DNA of 64,000 bases from Dehalococcoidia bacterium (GTDB lineage: Bacteria; Chloroflexota; Dehalococcoidia; UBA2979): contig OZ241365.1 of the NCBI GenBank assembly GCA_965200555.1, positions 371,719 to 435,718 on the forward strand, given 5' to 3'. Positions 40,027 through 47,867 of this stretch are shown one piece after another. Every line of letters starts with the position of its first letter. Position 1 is the first letter of the stretch. The notes under the pieces were generated by a model, which saw nothing but the letters and a program-made list of their open reading frames with translations, did not search any database and was not told the DNA's origin. A program made the position numbers and the translations under genes.

Positions 40027-41893
40027 GTTTCGACCTCGTCCAGCCCGAAGGCCGGGGCGCTACGCTCCGAACTCGTTTCAATCCTCGCCCCGCCCGAGGG
40101 CGAGGCGCTACCTGGCGGTTGCCGGCGGACACGGCGGCGCGCGCAGCGGGTTTCAATCCTCGCCCCGCCCGAGGGCGAGGCGCTACCTCGATGCTCAAGG
40201 CGAAGGAGGACGGCGATGGCGGCGTTTCAATCCTCGCCCCGCCCGAGGGCGAGGCGCTACTCGTAGAACAGGTCGTCGATGTCCACGTTCGCGATGGAGT
40301 TTCAATCCTCGCCCCGCCCGAGGGCGAGGCGCTACTACGGACGGTTGAAGGTCGCCTTCACGCTACCACCAGTTTCAATCCTCGCCCCGCCCGAGGGCGA
40401 GGCGCTACCGACGAACAGCTCGTCGGTGGAGATCACCGTGATGTTTCAATCCTCGCCCCGCCCGAGGGCGAGGCGCTACCCGCCGAGGGGGACCACGTCG
40501 CGCGGGCCAGCCTGCCGGTTTCAATCCTCGCCCCGCCCGAGGGCGAGGCGCTACCGGGGGTGACTGAGCGCACCATCGGGCGCGCCAAGCAGGGTTTCAA
40601 TCCTCGCCCCGCCCGAGGGCGAGGCGCTACCCGACATCCCGCCCGTCCCGCCCGTCCCGTCCGTTGCGGTTTCAATCCTCGCCCCGCCCGAGGGCGAGGC
40701 GCTACGGCTACGGCTACGGCCACCTGCGGCGTATCGCCGAAGTTTCAATCCTCGCCCCGCCCGAGGGCGAGGCGCTACAAGGACAGCTCGCCGTCCGCCT
40801 CGTGCGTCAGCCAGTTTCAATCCTCGCCCCGCCCGAGGGCGAGGCGCTACGAGCAGGCGGCGGCGATCCTCGACGACGCCGCCGCGTTTCAATCCTCGCC
40901 CCGCCCGAGGGCGAGGCGCTACCAAGCGCGGGACGCCGCTCTTCACCGGCGACGACCTGTTTCAATCCTCGCCCCGCCCGAGGGCGAGGCGCTACGGGTA
41001 GCAGATCGGCTCGGTCATGCGGCGCCTCCCTCGTTTCAATCCTCGCCCCGCCCGAGGGCGAGGCGCTACGCGCCCCGTGGGGCGCTCCGGCGCTCCACCG
41101 CCTCGTTTCAATCCTCGCCCCGCCCGAGGGCGAGGCGCTACGCGCCCCGTGGGGCGCTCCGGCGCTCCACCGCCTCGTTTCAATCCTCGCCCCGCCCGAG
41201 GGCGAGGCGCTACTAGCATCGGCGGGCGCTCGCACGGGGCGGGCGCGAACGGTTTCAATCCTCGCCCCGCCCGAGGGCGAGGCGCTACAAGTGCTCAAGG
41301 GCTGGCAGCAGTCGCGCAAGATCAAGTTTCAATCCTCGCCCCGCCCGAGGGCGAGGCGCTACAGGCGGCGACGGCCTCGCGGGCCGGCCCTCGACTACGA
41401 GTTTCAATCCTCGCCCCGCCCGAGGGCGAGGCGCTACCCTACTCGGCGCGCGTCATGAACCTCGGCGTCCACGTGTTTCAATCCTCGCCCCGCCCGAGGG
41501 CGAGGCGCTACATCTGCGCGGCGAACGCCGCCTGCTTGTTCTCGCCGCGGCCCCGGTTTCAATCCTCGCCCCGCCCGAGGGCGAGGCGCTACCCGTGCTC
41601 ACCCCCGGCGGGGGTGCTCTACCTCGGAACCGTTTCAATCCTCGCCCCGCCCGAGGGCGAGGCGCTACCCGGTAGAGGGAAGGGAGACACCCCGAATGAC
41701 CGGTCAGTTTCAATCCTCGCCCCGCCCGAGGGCGAGGCGCTACGCGACCGGCTGCGCGCGATGTAGAGGAGGCCGGAGATGTTTCAATCCTCGCCCCGCC
41801 CGAGGGCGAGGCGCTACCCGCACGCGCGGCGCGTCCACAGCCGGAGGGGGACGCGAGTTTCAATCCTCGCCCCGCCCGAGGGCGAGGCGCTAC
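40027..41893 (-). CRISPR. Type I-C CRISPR array: 25 copies of a 37-bp repeat (40075-41893), 24 spacers, plus a degenerate trailer repeat at 40027-40063
   Basis: Repeat on the minus strand GTAGCGCCTCGCCCTCGGGCGGGGCGAGGATTGAAAC (palindromic, ATTGAAAC end); spacers about 34-44 bp. Confidence 0.99.
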
Positions 41894-42068
41894 CTCCGCC
41901 CATCTCTTTCGCGATGGGCAGCGCGCAGCGATCATCCCACGATCGCGGATTCCTGTCACCCGGCCGCCGCTCCGCTGTTCGCGGAACCGCTGCGCGAGGG
42001 AATACGAGTGCTCCCGGCTGCGCGGACCTGACGGGGATGCGTGATCCCCGGAGGTTCGCGCACGCGGC
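41894..42068 (-). promoter_or_regulatory. CRISPR leader
   Basis: Non-coding segment between cas2 and the first repeat; the degenerate repeat is at the opposite end of the array. Confidence 0.75.
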
Positions 42069-42359
42069 TCAGAACACGAGGGAGCCGCGCGGATCGAAGG
42101 ACGGCTGGACGCCGAACATGCGGAGGTGCCGGCTCAGCGGCTCGCGCAGACGGTAGATGCGGACGCTGTCTTCGGTCTCGTCCATCTCCTCCCGCAGCCG
42201 CGCGACGAGGCGCTCCATGTCCATCTCGTTGAGCACGCACTCGAACACCGATTTCTGCACGCGCTGGCCGTACGCCTCGCAGGTCCGGGCGACGCGGCGC
42301 AGCCGCCTCCGCCCGGCCGCGTCGTCCGTCGCCACGTCGTACGCCACGAGAATCTCCAC
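42069..42359 (-). CDS. cas2: CRISPR-associated endonuclease Cas2
   Basis: ILVAYDV...RRLRRVARTCEAYGQRVQKSVFEC...DSVRIYRL. Confidence 0.96.
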   Translation of the reverse strand: MEILVAYDVATDDAAGRRRLRRVARTCEAYGQRVQKSVFECVLNEMDMERLVARLREEMDETEDSVRIYRLREPLSRHLRMFGVQPSFDPRGSLVF

Positions 42360-42373
42360 GGGCCGTGCTCCCC

Positions 42374-43405
42374 TCAGCGGGCGATGTACGGCAGGTAGTG
42401 CCGCAGATCGCCGCGAAGATGCCGCGCCAGCAGACGCGCCTGCACGTGCGGCACGAGACCCAGCGGCACTCGCTGCTCGAGCAGGCGGTGCCGGACGGCG
42501 CGCTCCTTGCGTTTCGCGTAGGCGGCGAGCGCGGCGCGGCGTCCGTCGTCGGTGAGGCTCACGGCTCCGCCGGGCGTGACCTCGAAGTGTGCGGCCCGTA
42601 TCTGGCGCCGGTTGATCATCCGCAGGGCGAGCCGGTCGGCGACGGCGGGGCGCAGCTCCTCCATGAGGTCGAGCGCCAGCGCGGGGCGTCCGGGGCGGAG
42701 GCCGTGCAGGTACCCGACCTGGGGATCGAGGCCCACGCCCTCGAGCGCCGCCTCGCACTCGGAACGCACCAGCGCGTAGAAGAACGAAAGCAGCGCGTTG
42801 GCGCGGTCGCGCGGCGGCCTGCGGCTGCGGCCGTCGGGAGCGAGCGGGGACGGGCGCTCGCGCACCATGCGGCCGAACGCCGCGAAGTAGGTGCGCGCGG
42901 CAAGGCCCTCCGCGCCGCGCAGCGCGTCGAGGTCGGAAGCGGCGGGCAGGCCGCCGAGGATTCCGTCCAGCTGCCGGGAAGCGTCGCGGAGCGCGCGTTC
43001 GTCCTCCTCGTCCGGGTGGTCGCGGGCCGCGCGCATGAGCAGCAGCCGCGCGTTCTGCACCTTGCCGGCGACGAACTGCCGGGCGATCGCGAGCGGCCGT
43101 CCGGGATCGTCGAGGGCGCGGTGCTGGGCGCGCCTCAGCAGCACGTTGCCGAGGGAGCGGCCCGCGAGCCTGGCGCGGAAGCGCCCCCGCCGCGTAAGCC
43201 AGACGACGTCGCGTCCGTCCTCGGCGCAGCGGTGGATCAGCGGCGTGGTCACCGTGACCCGTCCGAAGACCGCGATGGCCTGGAGCCGCAGGAGCGGCAG
43301 GCGGGCGCGGGTCTCGCCGTCGGCCACGACGCGCACCGTGTCGTGATCGAGCCTCAGGAGCGCGTCCTGGCTCGTCACGTAGAGCGTGTTCAGCAGCTCA
43401 TGCAT
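42374..43405 (-). CDS. cas1: Cas1, type I-C
   Basis: LLNTLYVT, GNVLLRRAQ, LRGAEG, GLDPQVGYLH, ALALDLMEELR. Confidence 0.98.
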   Translation of the reverse strand: MHELLNTLYVTSQDALLRLDHDTVRVVADGETRARLPLLRLQAIAVFGRVTVTTPLIHRCAEDGRDVVWLTRRGRFRARLAGRSLGNVLLRRAQHRALDDPGRPLAIARQFVAGKVQNARLLLMRAARDHPDEEDERALRDASRQLDGILGGLPAASDLDALRGAEGLAARTYFAAFGRMVRERPSPLAPDGRSRRPPRDRANALLSFFYALVRSECEAALEGVGLDPQVGYLHGLRPGRPALALDLMEELRPAVADRLALRMINRRQIRAAHFEVTPGGAVSLTDDGRRAALAAYAKRKERAVRHRLLEQRVPLGLVPHVQARLLARHLRGDLRHYLPYIAR

Positions 43406-44084
43406 CGTCGTCCTCGTCGTCGCCGTCCGGCTCCAGCGGGCGGAAGAGCGATCCCTGCAGGCCGCGCAGCCGCGACGGCCGCGCGGCCACGCCGGGCAGG
43501 CAGGCGTGGACGAGCGAGCAGGGCGGGCAGCGGGCGTCGTCGACCGCGGGCGGCAGGCGCTGCCCGCGGATCTGGTCGCGCACCTCCCGCACCAGCGTTT
43601 CCGTCCGCCGGCGCAGTTCGCCGCCGAAGGGCACCGGGTGGCGCCGCCGCTCGGCGTGCGAGTAGATCGCCCCCTCCGGCACCTCCGCGCCCAGCATCTC
43701 CTCGAGGCAGAGCGCCTGCGCGCAGAGATGGATGTCGGCGTGCGGGGGGCGCCGCCGCCCGACCTTGTACTCGGCGGGAAACGGCGGGCGCCCGGGGCGC
43801 AATTCGACGACGTCGGCCTTGCCGCGCAGTCCGAGCCGCTCCGACCAGAGCGGGATGCCGCGCAGCGTCCGCACGCCGGGCCGCGTCTCCCGTTCCCCGG
43901 CGTCCACCCGCTCGTGGGCGATGCGCCCGCGCACGGTGAAGACGTTCTCCTCGAAGGTCTGCTCGACGTGGATCAGCGCGCACTGGCGCGGGCAGTAGGA
44001 GTAGTGCTCGAGCGCCGAGATCGGCACGTCGGGCGGCGTCTCCCCGCTCCAGTCCGGCGGCGGGACGGCTTCGGAGCCGATCAC
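43398..44084 (-). CDS. cas4: Cas4
   Basis: ISALEHYSYCPRQCALIH, GKADVVE, EYK, CPPCSLVHAC. Confidence 0.97.
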   Translation of the reverse strand: MIGSEAVPPPDWSGETPPDVPISALEHYSYCPRQCALIHVEQTFEENVFTVRGRIAHERVDAGERETRPGVRTLRGIPLWSERLGLRGKADVVELRPGRPPFPAEYKVGRRRPPHADIHLCAQALCLEEMLGAEVPEGAIYSHAERRRHPVPFGGELRRRTETLVREVRDQIRGQRLPPAVDDARCPPCSLVHACLPGVAARPSRLRGLQGSLFRPLEPDGDDEDDDA

Positions 44085-44099
44085 GTTCGCCTCCCTGTC

Positions 44100-44150
44100 G
44101 CGGGATGGACGGCGGCGCGACCGGACAAGGCCGGCCGCCGTCCGTCCCGC
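44100..44150. terminator. 17-bp inverted repeat between cas7 and cas4
   Basis: GCGGGATGGACGGCGGC / GCCGCCGTCCGTCCCGC; no clear U-tract, so it may be a stabilising hairpin. Confidence 0.5.
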
Positions 44151-44163
44151 CTGCGGATGTGCG

Positions 44164-45066
44164 TTATCCGACGAGCCGGGTGAGTTCCACGCCGTTCGGC
44201 ATGCGCTCGCCGCCGATCGTCACCTCGTAGTCGCCGAAGGCGCGCGGCGGGGACGTCCCGTCGCGGCGGGAGGCGGCGACGCGGTCGAAGAGATCGCTGG
44301 CGGGGGCGTTGCCGAGGCGGTTTTCGTGGCTGAACACGTACAGGCCGCGGCAGGCCACCAGACCGCGCGAAGCCGAGCGGTCGAGGTCCCACATCATCCG
44401 CAGCGCGAGCCAGAACAGATCGAGGTCGGCCGCGTCCGCTCCGGTCTGCTGCGCGAAGTGCGGGTTGAAGAAGCCGTGGGCGCGGTACAGCGCGTAGGGG
44501 ACGGTCGCCTTGCGGCCCAGCGTGCCGTGGGTCGGCGCCTGCTGCTCGTCCCCGTCGCGCTGCTCCTGCCGCTCGCCGGCGTTCTCGAGCGCCACGCGGC
44601 CGATCGTGTGGTCCGTCGGGAAGACGGGATCGACGGAGCGGGCGAAGGTGAACTGCACCGGGCCGCGCACCTGTCCCGCGTTGCGTTCCTTCATCGACAT
44701 CACCGCGCCGAACATGCGGATGTCCCAGAACTCGTCGCACATCCACTCGCGGGCGGTGCGCGGTTCGGGGTCGGAGCCGTTCGCGCGCTCGCCGAACACG
44801 CGCCCGCGCGCGTCGGTCAGGTAGCTTTCGCGCTGGACGTAGATCTTGTGGCGCCGCTCCTCGCCGCGCGCGGCGTCGACGTAGTCGCGCACCTTGCGCT
44901 TGATCGCCACGTCGGTGACGAGGCCGTGCATCGTCTCGGGGTCGACGCGCGGGGCGTTGCCGGCGTCCGGGTCGCCGTTGGGGTTGCCGTCCTGCACGTC
45001 GAACAGCAGCACGAAGTCGTGGCGGCGGTCCGGGTCGGTGTGGACGGCGGCCGTCGTGGTGGTCAT
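44164..45066 (-). CDS. cas7c: Cas7c (Csd2)
   Basis: DGNPNGDPDAGNAPRVDPET, KRKVRDYV, FWDIRMFGAV, GQVRGPVQ. Confidence 0.97.
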   Translation of the reverse strand: MTTTTAAVHTDPDRRHDFVLLFDVQDGNPNGDPDAGNAPRVDPETMHGLVTDVAIKRKVRDYVDAARGEERRHKIYVQRESYLTDARGRVFGERANGSDPEPRTAREWMCDEFWDIRMFGAVMSMKERNAGQVRGPVQFTFARSVDPVFPTDHTIGRVALENAGERQEQRDGDEQQAPTHGTLGRKATVPYALYRAHGFFNPHFAQQTGADAADLDLFWLALRMMWDLDRSASRGLVACRGLYVFSHENRLGNAPASDLFDRVAASRRDGTSPPRAFGDYEVTIGGERMPNGVELTRLVG

Positions 45067-45161
45067 CGGAGTCCTTCCGTTCGCTCGATCTTCCGTCGCC
45101 CGTTTTCGGGGCGCATGGCCGGCGGCGAGGCCTCCGGCGCAGGGATTGGGTCCGTCCGCGC

Positions 45162-46976
45162 TCAGGACACCTGGGCCGCGGTCTCCTTTCCGGGCGCTTC
45201 GCCGTTGGACCGGGCCGCCGCCTCGGCGCGGTTCGCGGCGCGCTGGTGGTAGTAGCCGAGCACGAACTCGCCCTGCTCCCGGGGGGCGAGCACGCCGGGG
45301 AACTCGCCGGAGATGCGATCCGCGATCTCCTCGATCCGCCGCTGGATGGCGTGGTACGCCGCGCGCTTGCGCTTGTCCTTATCCCGCTCGAGCTTCGAGA
45401 GGTGCGGCTGCGCCCGCTCGATCAGCGGCCCGAAGACCGAGCCGGGGGCGGTCGAGGCCTTGCCGAAGTAGCGATCGGCGATCGTCGCGTTGACGCGCCC
45501 GAGGGCCGTCCGCTGCGCGTTCTCCAGTTCGGCGAACAGCCGCCCGCAGTGGTAGGCGGTGCTCGCCGATTCCTCGTTCAGGCTCACCAGCGTGTCCTCC
45601 CCGTCGTGTTCGCCGTGCTGCGAACGCAGCACCATCTTGATCAGCGCCGCGTGGCTGCGGCGCACTTCGCGATCCGCCTGCGCGCGCCGCACGGCGCGGA
45701 TCAGCAGATCGTCCGGCAGCGGCCCACCAGTCAGGAAACCCTCCAGCAGCGCGCGGGGCACGGCCGCCGGCAGGCCGCGCAGCTCGCGCACCGTCGCGCC
45801 GGCGAGCTCGTACAGCCCCAGCCGCCGGGCGCCGGTCCAGGGCTGCTCGCCGGACGCCCCCACGATCTTCTGGCGGGCGTACCACCGCGCCGCGTTGCGC
45901 GCCGCCTCGCCGACGGTGACCGTGTGCCAGCTCCGCACCGCCGCGCGTCCGCCCGCGGCCGACAGCCCGACGGCATGGAGCTGGTCCTGCCGGTCGCCGT
46001 CCAGCGGCGGCGGGGCCTTGCCGGAGCGGACGCCGAACTGCGCCGCGAAGTCCTGCGGCGTCGCGTCCGGCCGCTCCGCGGCCCATGCGTCGAGTTCGTC
46101 GAGTTCGTCGAGTTCGTCGCCGAAGTCGCCGGGGCTGGTGAGCAGCCCGAACGCGCGGAATTCGCGCTCCTCGCGCGTCCACGCGACGAACGCCATGTCG
46201 CCGACGCGCACGGCGTCCTCCGACGCCAGCAGCGCGTTGAGGCCCTTCGTGAAGCGTTCGCCGCAGTCGCCGCAGACGGGAGCGATCAGCGACTCCTCGA
46301 GGCCGTACGAGGAGAACGCATCGGTGTTCGCCGAAATCATCGCAGTTCCTGCGGTCTGGCCGCCGGGGATGCGCTTGATCTTCTCCTTCAGCCGCCGCTC
46401 CGCCGGCCGTTCCCGGGCGCAGACGAGGCATTGCAGCACGTCGGCGGCCTCGCCCCCGGAGCCGTTGTGCTCCGCCCAGAACGCCCGCACCGAGGGCAGA
46501 TCGGCGACCGCCACGCCGCCGGCGTTGAAGTCGATCGAGGCGGAGGCGTCGAATTCCCCGTCCCCATCCACCTTCAACGCCTCGAGCGGCGACGACTCGA
46601 GGAAGCGCAGCACCGCGCCGACGGCGGGCTCCTCCGTCCGCCGGTGGCATTCGGCCAGCAGTTCGAGGTACGCGGCGTGGCGCCGTCCGGCGCGCCCGGC
46701 CTGCTTCCCGTCGTCCGGGTCCGCGACGTAGCCGAGGGTGTACTCGGCGGTGTCGGCCAGCAGCAGCGGACGGGTCGCCGAGGAGCGCGCCACCGTGGGC
46801 ACGGAGCGGCGCACGCCCCGCCGCTGCGCCCGGCTGTCGGCGATCGCGGTGTCCTCCATGCCCTTGAGATCGCCCTCGGCGGTCAGGTGGATGCGGTAGC
46901 GGACCGGGCGTTCGGAGTAGAGCGGCGGCGGCAGGTCGAGGCGCTCCGCGTAGTCGCGGAGCAGCTGCAGCAGCAT
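45162..46976 (-). CDS. cas8c: Cas8c (Csd1)
   Basis: MLLQLL start, LLADTAEY, CLVC...AFSSYG, AYHCGRLFA, FVLGYYHQ. Confidence 0.95.
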   Translation of the reverse strand: MLLQLLRDYAERLDLPPPLYSERPVRYRIHLTAEGDLKGMEDTAIADSRAQRRGVRRSVPTVARSSATRPLLLADTAEYTLGYVADPDDGKQAGRAGRRHAAYLELLAECHRRTEEPAVGAVLRFLESSPLEALKVDGDGEFDASASIDFNAGGVAVADLPSVRAFWAEHNGSGGEAADVLQCLVCARERPAERRLKEKIKRIPGGQTAGTAMISANTDAFSSYGLEESLIAPVCGDCGERFTKGLNALLASEDAVRVGDMAFVAWTREEREFRAFGLLTSPGDFGDELDELDELDAWAAERPDATPQDFAAQFGVRSGKAPPPLDGDRQDQLHAVGLSAAGGRAAVRSWHTVTVGEAARNAARWYARQKIVGASGEQPWTGARRLGLYELAGATVRELRGLPAAVPRALLEGFLTGGPLPDDLLIRAVRRAQADREVRRSHAALIKMVLRSQHGEHDGEDTLVSLNEESASTAYHCGRLFAELENAQRTALGRVNATIADRYFGKASTAPGSVFGPLIERAQPHLSKLERDKDKRKRAAYHAIQRRIEEIADRISGEFPGVLAPREQGEFVLGYYHQRAANRAEAAARSNGEAPGKETAAQVS

Positions 46977-47620
46977 CAGGCGGCCTCCCTTTCGAGGCGC
47001 GGCACGCGGAGCACGCCGTCCTCGAGCGCCGCGTCGAAGAACCGGGGCTCGCCGCTCCCGTCCGCGGCGAACTCGACCGAATGCAGCATCAGGCCGAACT
47101 GCTCCGTGACGGGAATCGGCCGTTCGCCGTCGCCGGGTTCGCGGAAGTCGGCGGCGAACTCGCGGCAGCCGAGGTAGGGCCGCGCGAAGCACTGCCCGCG
47201 CGCGACGCGGCGCCGGAACTGGTCGCGGTACTTCGCCGGGTCGTCCCCGCCGGGCGCGACTTCGGCCTGCGCGCGGATGACGTAGTCGACGTCGCGCAGC
47301 GCCAGCGTGTGGCGCCGCTCGCGGTGATCGGCGACGTAGTAGCCGCCCGTCCCGCCGCCGCGCGCCCAGCCGCGCGCGCGTTGCTCGGTCTGGCGATCGC
47401 GGATCTCGTTGCGCCGGATCGAGACGTGGCGGATCGGCGCGAGCACGAGGATCTCCTCGATGCGCCAGCGGAACTGCGGCTTCCAGAAGATCGATTCGAG
47501 CACGCCGCGCGCCGCGGACGGCGTCATCACCGGGTAGCTGACGCGCTCCACCTTCATCTCGGGCCGAGTGAAGCACGCCAGCGGTCCGCTGACCCTGACC
47601 TCCACGGGGTTCATCGCCAT
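46976..47620 (-). CDS. cas5c: Cas5c (Cas5d), crRNA-processing endoribonuclease
   Basis: ACFTRPEMKVERVSYPVMTPSAARG, PYLGCREF; AAGGAGG RBS. Confidence 0.97.
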   Translation of the reverse strand: MAMNPVEVRVSGPLACFTRPEMKVERVSYPVMTPSAARGVLESIFWKPQFRWRIEEILVLAPIRHVSIRRNEIRDRQTEQRARGWARGGGTGGYYVADHRERRHTLALRDVDYVIRAQAEVAPGGDDPAKYRDQFRRRVARGQCFARPYLGCREFAADFREPGDGERPIPVTEQFGLMLHSVEFAADGSGEPRFFDAALEDGVLRVPRLEREAA

Positions 47621-47629
47621 CGTCGCCTC

Positions 47630-47726
47630 CTTTCGTGCGCCGCCCTGTTGGTGCAGGGCGCGACGATAGCAAGCACTTGCGGAACAACGCTTCAACCCTT
47701 CGCCGTGCGGCGCTTGAGGGGGACAC
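47630..47726 (-). ncRNA. CRISPR-like mini-array (two degenerate repeats and a 24-nt spacer), CreR/CreA-like regulatory RNA
   Basis: psiR1 ends GGCGAAGGGTTGAAGC; spacer GTTGTTCCGCAAGTGCTTGCTATC; psiR2 GTCGCGCCCTG...CAGGGCG...GAAAG; spacer resembles 47806-47827. Confidence 0.7.
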
Positions 47727-47796
47727 CCGCTCCGTGCTGGCTGCACGGCCTGGGTGTCCACCCATGACTTCTTTCTACTACACGACCAGCGAGAGC

Positions 47797-47830
47797 ACAA
47801 GATACAATAGCAGCAGTGCGGGACAAGTAA
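47797..47830 (-). promoter_or_regulatory. Probable promoter of the cas5-cas8-cas7 operon and target of the mini-array spacer
   Basis: AT-rich; TTGTCC-N16-TATCTT, or extended -10 TGCTATTGT. Confidence 0.55.
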
Positions 47831-47867
47831 GATCAAGACGCCGCGGCGCCCAAGCCGCAGATCGCAT

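Noticed and set aside
40119-42031. ORFs with repeating FQSSPRPRARRY / VSILAPPEGEAL
   Set aside because: Translations of the CRISPR repeats.
46089-46119. 9-bp tandem repeat in cas8c (DELDELDELD)
   Set aside because: In-frame microduplication in a probable loop; no sign of phase variation.
46977-47836. N-terminal extensions of cas8c (867 aa) and cas5 (286 aa)
   Set aside because: Family-typical starts lie at 46976 and 47620; the extensions run through cas5 or the regulatory region.
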